Part shown: positions 1-8,938 of the stretch, piece by piece
Layout: each line of letters begins with the position of its first letter
Position numbering within the stretch: the stretch's first letter is position 1
Origin: Candidatus Poribacteria bacterium
GTDB taxonomy: Bacteria > Poribacteria > WGA-4E > WGA-3G
Length of the DNA: 64,000 nt
NCBI GenBank assembly: GCA_965205015.1
Contig: OZ242029.1
Coordinates: 2,688,001 to 2,752,000 of the forward strand
Direction: 5' to 3'
Program-made: the position numbers and the translations under genes
Notes under the pieces: model-generated
What the model was told of the DNA's origin: nothing
The model's database searches: none
Seen by the model: the letters and a program-made list of their open reading frames with translations, nothing else

Positions 1-1262
1 CGCCCTGCCTTTTGCGTTTCCGCCTGAAATAATTGACTCATTTCTCTAAAGAGGTCCAGTTGTATCTGTGAGTCGTTCGTCGTTTCCAGTGGATCGCTTG
101 ATAAATCGTAGAGTTCCAATGGCTCAAAAGGACTGTTGTGCAATAATTTAGTGTCCCCACGCCGTATGGCATGCTGACACTGCCCCAGAAATCGCTGTCC
201 GCCCTCTCTTCGCAACCAGTAGAGAATGCGGTCAGAGAAGTCTTGCTGTTCCCCTTGGAGTGTTTGCCAAATTGAACGTGCTTCGATTTCGTGAGTGATC
301 GGGACTCCAGCTACCTCACAGACTGTCGGGAAAAGGTCCATCAGCAAGGCCACCTGATCGGTGACATGTCCCTCCGGAACATGCCCTGGCCACATTGCAC
401 AGGTCGGGACTCGGATGCCGCCTTCGTACATTTCACCCTTTTGCCCGCGTATGGGACCGTTATGTGCGCCGACGTCCATCGACCCGCCATTATCAGAGGT
501 ATAAATAACGAGTGTATTGGACAGCTGATCCGTTTCAACAAGCGTATCAAGTACTCGCCCAATACCAGCATCCATGTGCTCAACAAGCGCAATGTATTTG
601 GCGCGCTGTGGAGAAATGTCCGGCTCGCGTTCCCTGACGCGTTCCACCCAATCATCCGGCGGTTGGATCGGTGTATGTGGCGCGTTATATGCAAGATAGA
701 GGAAAAAAGGAGACTCGGATGATTCTGCCTGAGCACGAATGAAATCCGTACTCCATTCCGTGAAGAGGTCTGTGGCGTGTCCTCTCGGATCGATCGTATC
801 GAAGCCGTGTTGCATGTAATTGATATCGTGTCGGAGATGTGTGTAGTAGTCATCCATCATATCGCCGAGAAAACCGTGGAAATGGTCGAAACCCCGTTTA
901 CATGGATGGTTCTCCGGTTCAAGTCCAAGGTGCCACTTACCGATGAGTGCGGTCTGATACGCCTTCCGCTTCAAAATTGATGGGAGTGTGACGGCGTCCT
1001 GTCGAAAGTAGCCCCAACTGTTTTCTGGATGGGTGCGGATTACGCCCGGCACTCCGACTCGGTCGGGGTAGCGTCCGGTCATGAGAGCGGATCTACTGGG
1101 AGAACAGACGGAGGAATTGGCATAAAATTGGGTAAATCGCACCCCGTTTTCGGCGATTCTGTCAATATTGGGCGTCTGAATTGATGGACCGTTGTGAGCT
1201 GAAATATCACCATAACCGTGGTCGTCGGCGAGAATAAGCAGTACATTCGGGGACTTCGTCAT
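1..1262 (-). CDS. Sulfatase (arylsulfatase family), 3'-truncated by window edge
   Basis: Manual translation of the minus strand from the ATG at 1262 gives MTKSPNVLLILADDHGYGD...ANSSVCSPSRSALMTGRYP...IGKWHLG...YNAPHTP. It carries the CxPxR formylglycine motif. It is absent from the ORF track because there is no stop codon in the window. Confidence 0.9.
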   Translation of the reverse strand, partial: MTKSPNVLLILADDHGYGDISAHNGPSIQTPNIDRIAENGVRFTQFYANSSVCSPSRSALMTGRYPDRVGVPGVIRTHPENSWGYFRQDAVTLPSILKRKAYQTALIGKWHLGLEPENHPCKRGFDHFHGFLGDMMDDYYTHLRHDINYMQHGFDTIDPRGHATDLFTEWSTDFIRAQAESSESPFFLYLAYNAPHTPIQPPDDWVERVREREPDISPQRAKYIALVEHMDAGIGRVLDTLVETDQLSNTLVIYTSDNGGSMDVGAHNGPIRGQKGEMYEGGIRVPTCAMWPGHVPEGHVTDQVALLMDLFPTVCEVAGVPITHEIEARSIWQTLQGEQQDFSDRILYWLRREGGQRFLGQCQHAIRRGDTKLLHNSPFEPLELYDLSSDPLETTNDSQIQLDLFREMSQLFQAETQKAG

Positions 1263-1378
1263 AATGTTTCCTTGACAGATGTAGGCGAATCCTAAACTCG
1301 TCCATGCCTCAGTGGCGTCGAGGAATGAGTGCAACCGGTCGTTCAGAGAACGCCCCAGCTGCACTCGGTTTGTCTGGT

Positions 1379-2167
1379 CTATTGCCGAGCTTTAATGCTG
1401 CCCCATGTGGTTGCAAGCTTACCAGAAGGCTCAACAGGCAGGAGTGTTCGCATTCCTTTTTCCATCAATTCCTTTATATCTTCTGCTTCCAGCACAGAAG
1501 CGAAAATTGCGACCTCATAGAGTATACCATCGAGGGTCTCTGAAGTGTTGTTGGTCCAACCACCGATGTTGACATCCGTGTCATTCCGAGGTGCCGGTTT
1601 ACCCATCCCGCCAACAGAAGCGATTTCCTCAGCATTTTCGTAGATCTTGATGGTATCCTTTGCGTCGTAAGTTGCGGTCATGTACAACCATTCATCTTTC
1701 TTCACTTGACTTTGATTCCAGGCACCTTTCCAACCGCCGTTCGCGAAGTAAGCTTCCCAACCGGTGCCGGAGCTGCTTGTCCTGAAGGCGTAATTTGCCA
1801 CTGTACCCGCCGCGGGTCTTTTGCCGAGAATATGTCCATACCCGTTCTCGGATTTGTTGACATACACCCATGAAGTGATTGACCACGCCTTTTCCAGATA
1901 CATACTGTCGGAATCTGCGATGATAACCCGATCATTTTGTCCATTTAAGCTTAGAGCGGCGGGACCCTTATTTGGTCCTTTGACCCATTTTCCGCCCTGA
2001 AGTTCACCGTGATTCTCGTTTCCAGAGATATCCTCGATTTGATCGCCTTTCCCTTCGTCGAGTAGCCAAATGCCTCTTGCGGTTTCAAAATCTATCTCTG
2101 CATAGGTTGGGACTGCGAAGGTCAAACCGATGGTGATAATCGCTAAGCAAACTATAACGGATTTCAT
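1379..2167 (-). CDS. Secreted LamG/concanavalin A-like domain protein (paralogue A1; its RBS is interrupted by the structured element)
   Basis: Signal peptide, W-L-L-D-E-G...D-I-S-G-N-E-N-H-G LamG-like pattern, C-terminal VEPSGKLATTWGSIK; highly similar to 2671..3453. Confidence 0.85.
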   Translation of the reverse strand: MKSVIVCLAIITIGLTFAVPTYAEIDFETARGIWLLDEGKGDQIEDISGNENHGELQGGKWVKGPNKGPAALSLNGQNDRVIIADSDSMYLEKAWSITSWVYVNKSENGYGHILGKRPAAGTVANYAFRTSSSGTGWEAYFANGGWKGAWNQSQVKKDEWLYMTATYDAKDTIKIYENAEEIASVGGMGKPAPRNDTDVNIGGWTNNTSETLDGILYEVAIFASVLEAEDIKELMEKGMRTLLPVEPSGKLATTWGSIKARQ

Positions 2168-2173
2168 GTTTAC

Positions 2174-2574
2174 CTGTTCTTAAAAACCTATGTTTTTCCG
2201 AAGAAATCCATAAATTTCTAAAGGGTTCCTAACCCCTGTTACGGCACCCGTCAGTGTCTAAGCCTACCTATACCCAACTGTGCCTGCCACGTTAGCAGAA
2301 GATATAGGCGGCTTGCATATCCCAAGAAACACGGGATATGGACGAACCGTCAAAGTTAGCACCGAAATGCTAACGCCTTTTTCTCGCCCCGTACTCTATT
2401 TTCCAGGCTCATCAACGGGTATTTGAACCTGTCGGGCAGCCCTACGTGGTTCTTGTAGGTTGCATTGGTTTTTGCGACTGCCAGAGGCGGTATGTGGGAA
2501 TCGAACCCACCGAGAATGCCTACATTTACCGCGAAACATAGAAAAAACAAGAAAAACAACTATGTAGGAATGAC
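2174..2574 (-). ncRNA. ~400-nt structured non-coding element (copy E1) between SD and start codon
   Basis: Homologous to 23789..24204 (57/60 identical at the 5' end, covarying hairpins throughout); absent from the equivalent site of paralogue 2671..3453. Confidence 0.8.
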
Positions 2575-2670
2575 TCCTAAAGGTTGAATTTACCGTTAAA
2601 GAACATTTACGTCGGTGTGTCCCTTTAGTTGTTCAGGTGACCCACCGACTGCGCCCAATTTGTTCAACGC

Positions 2671-3453
2671 TTATTGAGATTTGATGTCTGCCCATGTCGT
2701 TGCGAGTTTGCCAGAAGGTTCAACAGGAGTGACTAAGGACGGGAGTCCCTCGTCCATCAGGGTGTTTACGTCTTCTTCTGACAGCGCGACACTAAAAAGC
2801 GCGACCTCAGAAAGCATACCGTCAAGGGTCTCTGTGGTATTGTTGGTCCAACCGCCGATGTTGGTGTCAGTATCATTCCGGGGTGCCGGTCCACCAAGAC
2901 CGCCAACAGAACCGATTTCAGCTCCGTTTTCGTAGATTTTGATGGTGTCTTCTCCATCATAAGTTGCGGTCATGTACAACCATTCATCTTTCTTGACGGT
3001 TCCTTGATTCCAAGCCCCTTTCCAGCCGCCTCGCGAGTAATATGCTTCCCAGCCGGTACCATTGCCGCTTGTCCTGAAGGCGTAATTTGCCACCGTCCCA
3101 GATGCGGGTCTTTTGCCGAGAATATGTCCAAAACCGTTCTCGGTGCTATTCACGAAAACCCATGCAGTGATTGTCCACGCCTTCTCCAGATACAAACTAT
3201 CGGAGTCAGCAATGATAACCCGATCATCTTGTCCGTTCAAACTTAGGGCAGGCCCATTCGGTCCGTCGACCCATTCTCCGCCCTGAAGTTCACCGTGATT
3301 TTCGTTTCCAGACATATCGTTGATCATATTGCCTTCGCCTTCATCGAGTAACCAAATGCCTCGTGCGGTTCCAAGGTCGATCTCCGCATAGGTCTGGACT
3401 GTGAAGGTTAGACTGATGATAAGAATCGCTAAGCGAATTATAGTGGATTTCAT
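2671..3453 (-). CDS. Secreted LamG-like domain protein (paralogue A2; intact RBS TTAGGAGGTAAAATG)
   Basis: Tandem paralogue of 1379..2167; C-terminal VEPSGKLATTWADIK. Confidence 0.85.
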   Translation of the reverse strand: MKSTIIRLAILIISLTFTVQTYAEIDLGTARGIWLLDEGEGNMINDMSGNENHGELQGGEWVDGPNGPALSLNGQDDRVIIADSDSLYLEKAWTITAWVFVNSTENGFGHILGKRPASGTVANYAFRTSGNGTGWEAYYSRGGWKGAWNQGTVKKDEWLYMTATYDGEDTIKIYENGAEIGSVGGLGGPAPRNDTDTNIGGWTNNTTETLDGMLSEVALFSVALSEEDVNTLMDEGLPSLVTPVEPSGKLATTWADIKSQ

Positions 3454-3497
3454 TTTACCTCCTAAAGGTTGAATGTGCCGTTAAGGGATGTTTTGAA

Positions 3498-3584
3498 TGG
3501 GCAGATACAAGACCTGCCCCTACAAGTGGGCAGATACAAGACCTACCCCTACAAGTGGGCAGATACAAGACCTGCCCCTACAAG
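3498..3584. repeat. 3 x 29-bp tandem palindromic repeat (GTAG-type REP-like)
   Basis: TGGGCAGATACAAGACCTGCCCCTACAAG three times head-to-tail with one mismatch in copy 2; GGGCAG/CTGCCC stem followed by CTAC. A related single copy lies near 26087-26113. Confidence 0.85.
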
Positions 3585-3585
3585 A

Positions 3586-4605
3586 TCATAATTCACCGTA
3601 ATTAACCGACTCTTCTGAATTTACCGCCTGAATCAGTGCGATGATGTATCCGAACTGGAATGCCCATGCCTGTCGAACCCTACCAGAAACACCGGAGGGC
3701 GATGGATCGTCTGGATGTCCTGGTGCGTGATCAGGCATTAGCATGTAGGGGTATTCTACATCTCGAAGCGTCTGTGCAACTTTGTGCATGTCCAAGTGTC
3801 CCTCGTCGGGCCAGACCTCTTGGAAGTTGTGCAGTCCGCCTCGGATGTTACGAAAGTGAATGTTGAAAAGTTTTTTCTGCTCACCAAAATAGCGGAGGAT
3901 TTCGTAGAACTCAGTGCTTGGATCGTCTAAACCCTCGGACACTGTGCCGCAGCAGAAATTAAAACCGTGATAGGGACTATCCACAATTTCAGCGTAACGT
4001 TTCAAACCATCAAAGATGGGATAATTCCACCGTTCAACGCCTCTCAAAATAGGTGCGGGTGGATCGTTTGGGTGACACGCCATCTGGATTCGGTTCGCTT
4101 CGGCGACTGGGATCACACGTTCAAGGAAATACGCGATTCGATCAAACGCTTCTTCCCGACTGACCTCACCTGCTTCTGACAACGTTTCGTTATCGTACTT
4201 GGAAAGGTCGAATGTGCTGTAACTTGAGCCACCGCGCCCGAGTGTGCTCTCCGTCCGCTGATGGTTTAGGATGCAAAAATTATAATTTAAACCTCGCAAT
4301 CCAGCCGCTGCAGCGTTCTCGATCATTTTACAAACGGCATCAATATCTCGATCGCGCTGCGGATCTTCGGCAAGCGTAATGCTCCTTGGAAGCCCAATAT
4401 GAATCATCTCCAGGCTAACACCTGCTTCCGCCGCTTCCGCTTTGTGTCGAGCCAGCGTTTCGGTTTCGGTATTCTCAACGGAGGCATCCATGTGCGTTAC
4501 CCCGTGGCGCACGAGGAATGCCAACTCTTTGGGAGATGTTCCGATTCCTTGGACACCGACGTGCATCGCTGCCTTTTTGTGTGATTGTTTCTCAGGTGTA
4601 TCCAT
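3586..4605 (-). CDS. Mannonate dehydratase family protein (UxuA-like)
   Basis: Motifs LNYNF, ACHPNDPP, GFNFCCG, IHFRNIRG, MPDHAP. Start moved to the ATG at 4605, behind an AGGAG SD. Confidence 0.8.
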   Translation of the reverse strand: MDTPEKQSHKKAAMHVGVQGIGTSPKELAFLVRHGVTHMDASVENTETETLARHKAEAAEAGVSLEMIHIGLPRSITLAEDPQRDRDIDAVCKMIENAAAAGLRGLNYNFCILNHQRTESTLGRGGSSYSTFDLSKYDNETLSEAGEVSREEAFDRIAYFLERVIPVAEANRIQMACHPNDPPAPILRGVERWNYPIFDGLKRYAEIVDSPYHGFNFCCGTVSEGLDDPSTEFYEILRYFGEQKKLFNIHFRNIRGGLHNFQEVWPDEGHLDMHKVAQTLRDVEYPYMLMPDHAPGHPDDPSPSGVSGRVRQAWAFQFGYIIALIQAVNSEESVNYGEL

Positions 4606-4855
4606 CGTTTTGTTCTCCTGTGCCAATTGCGTGTGCCGTATCAACTGTCGGGCTAAAACGTTATCTGCACATTGTAACATACTTAAAAAATTAGGTCAAT
4701 TCAAAATGAGAGCACCGTCAGAGGCATTTGGTTTTCAGTACATCAAACTCACGTTGAGATTGGCGATTGACAATTCCTGAGAGGTGTGTTAAGTTAATGC
4801 CAATCTTTTAGACCTAATTCTGCGTCACAAACTTAACTGAAAGAGGGAAATTCTC

Positions 4856-5161
4856 ATGGAAAAAGAGATTAGAAACGACATCAAAGGCATTGATCGGTTT
4901 ATATTTGAAGCCGGGGCGGACCGAGCACAGCTCCATCTTCATATCTCCGAAGTCGGACCTGGCCAGCGAGCACATCCGCCACATACACACGACGGTCAAG
5001 AAATTTTCTACGTATTTTCCGGTGAAGGCGAAGTCTTGTTTGGGGATCAGACACATCGTGTCAGCGACAACGAAGCCGTCCATGTTGATTGCCAGGTTTT
5101 ACACGGCATACGTAACGTCGGTGAGACACCCCTCCGCTATGCCGTGATTATTGCAAAATGA
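4856..5161 (+). CDS. Cupin-domain protein
   Basis: HPPHTHDGQEIFYVFSGEG ... HGIRNVG cupin motifs. Confidence 0.85.
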   Translation: MEKEIRNDIKGIDRFIFEAGADRAQLHLHISEVGPGQRAHPPHTHDGQEIFYVFSGEGEVLFGDQTHRVSDNEAVHVDCQVLHGIRNVGETPLRYAVIIAK

Positions 5162-5215
5162 CCTGTCGCGATCACGCGCGGTGAATAACCGCGCTTTGCA
5201 CAATCCGCGCTAACG

Positions 5216-5653
5216 CTATTCCGAAGATTCTACAGGCAGTCCCTCCGAGCGTAATTTATAAATCCCATAGACCCCGACAGCGATCAGGACAATTCCGACA
5301 GTTGCTAAGCCGCGCCGCACCCAAATCGGTTGTAAAAAGATCGGCAAATTGACGATAAACCATCGGGGTTGTAGGAGTTTTGACATGGCGATGCCGAAAT
5401 ACAGTGCTCCATAAGCGATAAGACCGATGTCGCTCGCTAATTCCTGCTTTCGAGGCGTGACGGGCAGTTTGAACGGGTTGAGGAGATAGTCGCCAGAGAA
5501 GATTAAGGCGATTCCGACAACCAGAAAGATGGAGAGAATTGTACCTGGATACCCTGAACTCCGGAGTGTTATCAACAAACCGATACTGAAACACCCCAAT
5601 ATGAGGCTCATTACCCCTTGCATAATTTGGTAGTTTCTATTTCGTGAGACCAT
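5216..5653 (-). CDS. Hypothetical membrane protein (about 4 TM segments)
   Basis: Hydrophobic segments; start inferred at MVSRN, downstream of the permease stop. Confidence 0.55.
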   Translation of the reverse strand: MVSRNRNYQIMQGVMSLILGCFSIGLLITLRSSGYPGTILSIFLVVGIALIFSGDYLLNPFKLPVTPRKQELASDIGLIAYGALYFGIAMSKLLQPRWFIVNLPIFLQPIWVRRGLATVGIVLIAVGVYGIYKLRSEGLPVESSE

Positions 5654-5693
5654 ATTTGCCTTAAGCGCGGAATGAACGTATTTATCGGGTAAT

Positions 5694-6686
5694 TTACGAG
5701 GCGGAAGATCCAAGTCGGATGCGCGGGTCGACCAGTGTGTAACTGATGTCGGTAAGTAATAAACCGACAATATACAGTACAGAACCGATGTAAACCATAC
5801 TGCGCACGATAGCGAAATCCTGGGCATGGATGGCTTCTATTGTAAAACCGCCAAGCCCTGGAATTGCGAAAAACGCTTCCATTACCAAACTTCCCATAAA
5901 GAGCAACGGAATTACCAAGACCACATTCGTCAAAATCGGAATCATTGCGTTCTTCAGGGTATGTTTAAAAAGAACGACTGCTTCACTCAACCCTTTTGCG
6001 CGTGCTGTCCGTACATAGTCCCGATTAATCTCTTCAAGAAATAGCGTTCGGTAAAAACGGATCCCGGTGCCGACCCCACCAATAATGCCGATAACCACTG
6101 GTAGAATAACGAACTTCAACATGTCTGTACCTGTATCATATCCAGAGATTGGGAAAAGTCGCAGCATTTTTCCGAACACCCACTGTCCACCAATAATATA
6201 GAACAGTGTTGAGACGGACATGAGAATAACGGCAAGGATTGTTCCCCAGAAGTCGACGTAGGTTGCGCGATAGTAAGCGACAATCATTGAAACGGTAATG
6301 TTTACCAGAACGCCGATCAGAAAGGTCGGGAGCGCAATCGCGAGACTTGCCCACATTCGTTGAGAAATCTGTGATGTGATGTCAATGTTGTTGGCATCCG
6401 ATGTTCCAAAATCAAAGAAAAAGAGTTTCACCGATTTCTCGAAAAAGATCGTCTGTGTCAAAGACTCGGTCCCGGAGGCTTTGGTATTGAACCAGAGGGG
6501 CAGATGATAGCCGTTTTGTTTCTTCCAATTGTCAATATCTTCCTGCGTAATGTTTTTCTCACCGAGGATGCGTTGTGCCATCTGGTCAGGAGAACTAACG
6601 ACAAAGAAAAGTAAAAATACAGTGATGTTCACACCGATCAAGATTGGGATTGCGTAGAGGGTCCGGCGGACAATGTAGGTGATCAT
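5694..6686 (-). CDS. Peptide/nickel ABC transporter permease (DppB/OppB-like)
   Basis: MITYIVRRTLYAIP start; EAA loop DYVRTARAKGLSEAVVLFKHTLKNA; C-terminal DPRI. Confidence 0.9.
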   Translation of the reverse strand: MITYIVRRTLYAIPILIGVNITVFLLFFVVSSPDQMAQRILGEKNITQEDIDNWKKQNGYHLPLWFNTKASGTESLTQTIFFEKSVKLFFFDFGTSDANNIDITSQISQRMWASLAIALPTFLIGVLVNITVSMIVAYYRATYVDFWGTILAVILMSVSTLFYIIGGQWVFGKMLRLFPISGYDTGTDMLKFVILPVVIGIIGGVGTGIRFYRTLFLEEINRDYVRTARAKGLSEAVVLFKHTLKNAMIPILTNVVLVIPLLFMGSLVMEAFFAIPGLGGFTIEAIHAQDFAIVRSMVYIGSVLYIVGLLLTDISYTLVDPRIRLGSSAS

Positions 6687-6691
6687 TAAAA

Positions 6692-8827
6692 TTAAACACC
6701 CCGTTCCCGTTTCCAAATTGTGATCACAGCCGGAATAGTGCCTAAAATAAGGAGCGTGATACATACCCATAGGGGCCAGACAACGGGTTGATTCCATGCC
6801 TCCCGATTTTCCGTCCGCTGACCAGCATTAATGCGAACATACTTAAGCGTTCCACCGCCCAAGGCGTTCGGTTTACTGTTCTTCACCCATTGATGCGACA
6901 GACCGAAACTAACAGGGTGAAAGGTGAAGACCCACGGTGCATCTCGTTGAAGCAGATGATTCATTTCGCGAATGAGTGCCAACCGTTCTGGCGAGTTTTC
7001 CATATTTTTCATCTGCTCAAAGCGTTTGTTGTATTCGGCGTTATCGTAGTTTGCAGTGTTTTCACCCCCGTGAACGACTCTGGCATTTGGTCCATAGAGG
7101 AGAAATAGAAAATTTTCGGCATCAGGGTAATCTGCGCGCCATCCCCATGAGATGATTTGGAAGTTCCCGTTCTTCACTTTATCCCGAAATCGGTTGTAAT
7201 CCGTCGTGCGGTTCTCCATCGTAATGCCGAGTTGATCCAACTTATTCCGCATCCACATTATGTGGGGTGTAGCCCCTGCGGAGTTCCAGGCGTTGTCAAA
7301 AGTGACGACGAGGGGTTTTCCCTTACTATCCTGTCCATCTGGGTAGCCGGCTTCTGCGAGAAGTTGTTTGGCTTCTTCAATGGATTTGCGAACCGGATGT
7401 TGCTTTTGGGCATCCCAATTATAGACATAAGGGTTCATGCCGCTTTCGCCCGCCTCGTGCCCAAAGATACCGGGCGGAATGGGATTATGGGAACTAACCC
7501 CGCGTCCATTGTAGAAAATTTCAACGTACTCCTCATAATCTAAAACGATCGAAATGGCTTGACGGAGTTTCTGCTTTTCCACTGTATTCCCACCAAGCGT
7601 ATCGTCCAACATATTAAAAGCGAGGTATCTCGTCGTCGGTTCAACACTGGTGCGTAGCACGATACCTTTCGCGTTCATCTCCTCACTTATCCTCGGATCG
7701 CCTGTATCGTTAAACGTGACGGCACTGTCAAATGTGTCCGAAGAGATGCCGGAAGTATCATAGTATCCCTGTAAGAATTTATTCCAGCGTGGAATGTATT
7801 CCTTTTCCAATTTGTAGACGATTCTTGGAATAAAGGGAACAATTTCCCAGGCATCGTCTAACAGTCCGGCTTCCCTATCACCAGGTTCTCCGCTTGATGG
7901 GTAACGCACCACCCGATAATTCTCATTCCTGACGAGAATTATCTCTTTGTACGAGAGCAGGGTTTCTATCCGATAGGCACCCGTTCCGACAGGAAATCTG
8001 TCAATCGTAATATTCCGATCTTCGACTGCGGGTTGACTGTAGAAATCAATTGCCTCTTTCGGCATGGGTGAAAAGAATGGCATCGCTAACCAATAGACAA
8101 ACTGCGGATACTTCGTCTTAAGGATAATCCGATAGGTGTATCGGTCCACGACTTCGACACCCGGAAAAGGGGCGTCCTGCTGTCCGTTAGCAATAGCGGC
8201 TGAATACGCTTCCATGCCGAGGATATAATCCTTCAGCGTGCTAAGAATAGGACAGGAAACCCCCGGATCCGCCATTCGTTTAATTTGATAGACATAATCC
8301 GCAGCGATGAGTTCACGCGTGCCTGTCATTGGGAAATCTTTGATCTCATTGAAGCCTTTAACATCTGATTTCGTTAAGTTGTGGTAATGCCACTTCCCAT
8401 CTTCAGTCTTTGCAAAACAGGGATGTTGCTGATACGTAATCCCTGGACGGATGCGGACTTCATAAACGGCACGCGCCACGGATTTCGCCGGCGCGTTTGG
8501 TGATAACTGCTGTCCGTTAGCATCTAAGTAGCGGGGTTGCGGCACCGCCTCTGCGGTCAACGGGATGAGTTCGTAGGGTCTTTTCAGGTAATGATATTGC
8601 AGCGGAGGTTCATAAATCTGCTGGATGAACCTATATTCGTCCGAACTGTAGGAGATCGCTGGATCGAAGTGTTTCGGTTCTTCACTGAATGTACTATAGT
8701 AAATTTCTTGATCGTGTTCGGATTTAGGATATGGATTATTCGGCACACCACAACCAAAGAGAAAAAGAGTGAGTGTTAAGGCTACACAATATCGACTTGA
8801 AAATTTCGGCAATACGATTTGCATCAT
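6692..8827 (-). CDS. ABC transporter substrate-binding lipoprotein, family 5 (peptide), with C-terminal TM helix
   Basis: Lipobox LFGC; motifs FDPAISY, PVGTGAY, LRQAIS, WRADYPDAENFL. Confidence 0.9.
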   Translation of the reverse strand: MMQIVLPKFSSRYCVALTLTLFLFGCGVPNNPYPKSEHDQEIYYSTFSEEPKHFDPAISYSSDEYRFIQQIYEPPLQYHYLKRPYELIPLTAEAVPQPRYLDANGQQLSPNAPAKSVARAVYEVRIRPGITYQQHPCFAKTEDGKWHYHNLTKSDVKGFNEIKDFPMTGTRELIAADYVYQIKRMADPGVSCPILSTLKDYILGMEAYSAAIANGQQDAPFPGVEVVDRYTYRIILKTKYPQFVYWLAMPFFSPMPKEAIDFYSQPAVEDRNITIDRFPVGTGAYRIETLLSYKEIILVRNENYRVVRYPSSGEPGDREAGLLDDAWEIVPFIPRIVYKLEKEYIPRWNKFLQGYYDTSGISSDTFDSAVTFNDTGDPRISEEMNAKGIVLRTSVEPTTRYLAFNMLDDTLGGNTVEKQKLRQAISIVLDYEEYVEIFYNGRGVSSHNPIPPGIFGHEAGESGMNPYVYNWDAQKQHPVRKSIEEAKQLLAEAGYPDGQDSKGKPLVVTFDNAWNSAGATPHIMWMRNKLDQLGITMENRTTDYNRFRDKVKNGNFQIISWGWRADYPDAENFLFLLYGPNARVVHGGENTANYDNAEYNKRFEQMKNMENSPERLALIREMNHLLQRDAPWVFTFHPVSFGLSHQWVKNSKPNALGGGTLKYVRINAGQRTENREAWNQPVVWPLWVCITLLILGTIPAVITIWKRERGV

Positions 8828-8938
8828 TCTTCCTCAAGACTTGGTAAATATGCCGTTCCTGTCAGTGAAATTCGGACACGCTAACATCTTAAATTAAAAT
8901 GAATTGAAGACAGAGAAATAGAGAAGAAATTCTTGCCA

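Noticed and set aside
291-980. ORF-track ORFs 291..722, 341..853 and 777..980
   Set aside because: They are shadow frames of the minus-strand sulfatase.
2487-2532. tRNA gene or tmRNA (GGTTCGATTCCC T-arm); likewise 23831-23876
   Set aside because: Only ~46 nt, with no anticodon arm, no CCA end and no tag ORF. Treated as a tRNA-like subdomain of the larger element.
2356-2559. Short ORFs inside the elements (2356..2559 and 23824..24006)
   Set aside because: Reading frames and peptides are not conserved between the two copies, whereas base pairing is.
3498-3584. Possible CRISPR array (29-bp palindromic repeats)
   Set aside because: The repeats are directly adjacent with no spacers, and there are no cas genes in the window.
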